A DNA stretch of 63,997 bases, the filler included, from Catajapyx aquilonaris (Eukaryota), in the NCBI GenBank assembly GCA_000934665.2. It is 4 parts of 4 records of this genome, joined end to end, with 100 filler letters (N's around TTAATTAATTAA, not from the genome) between each part and the next. Parts side by side here need not be neighbours in the genome. Positions count along the whole stretch, not along the records: positions 48,472 to 63,997 come from JYFJ02007472.1; 3 more parts are not named here. The stretch is one strand, 5' to 3'. The translations under genes and the position numbers were made by a program. Position 1 is the first letter of the stretch. Every line of letters starts with the position of its first letter. Positions 63,589-63,997 of this stretch are shown in pieces. The notes under the pieces were generated by a model. The model was not told the DNA's origin. It made no database searches and saw nothing but the letters and a program-made list of their open reading frames with translations.

Positions 63589-63997
63589 ATTTACATGGTG
63601 TGACCTTCCCTTGCGAGCACATTTAAAAATTGAAATGTTCATTAACATCCACCTCTACATATAAACCACTGGGAGTAATGCATGTGTCACAATGCACACA
63701 AGTTTGAAAGCGTGTGAAACTTGGTAATGGTACCACAGGCTGATTCCACTGTTCTCATCCAGTTGTGAACTTTCTTCCCTTCGGTGCCTTCTTCATCCAT
63801 CCAAAGAGGTTAAAATCACTTAGTACACATAATTCTATATTAACTAGCATAGCAAAAGCTGTGTGCCGGGCACATTAATTTGTGAAGAAATTCACAATTG
63901 TTGGTCGGCCTTTAACTGTTAGGCAGTGCAGCATGAGAAAACATACCTGAAACTGGCACTAACGTCAACTTGTGGGGACTTCAAAATTCATAAATTC

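Noticed and set aside
63908..63922. CCTTTAAC..AG as the U12 branch point/acceptor of PARP1
   Set aside because: The downstream sequence does not encode the expected YIVYD.

Overview
Intron-rich, transposon-dense animal genomic DNA, probably an arthropod, with three 100-bp scaffold gaps carrying a TTAATTAATTAA linker. Four host gene systems could be reconstructed by hand from splice sites and exon phases. (1) The 3' part of a cyclic-nucleotide-gated/KCNH-superfamily channel with a tandem CNBD-[S1-S6]-CNBD layout (CNGK/tetraKCNG-like) and an atypical pore motif (+, 3130-12888). (2) A tandem array of four intact 6-exon genes for 142-143 aa secreted 8-Cys odorant-binding-protein-like (Plus-C-like) proteins, almost invisible in the ORF track, interleaved with orphan paralogous terminal exons and Helitron ends (+, 16.2-31.5 kb). 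(3) Fragments of up to three paralogous Cys-rich, Thr-stalk, probably GPI-anchored surface-protein genes (-, 35.1-46.6 kb). (4) The BRCT-WGR-catalytic part of PARP1, ending in a U12-type intron (+, 50544-59839). The rest is mostly tRNA-derived SINEs with TSDs, an Academ-type element with an XPG-like nuclease remnant, Helitron/Helentron, Tc1/mariner remnants and many long foldback MITEs, some nested. All family assignments rest on motif recognition by eye; no searches were run.
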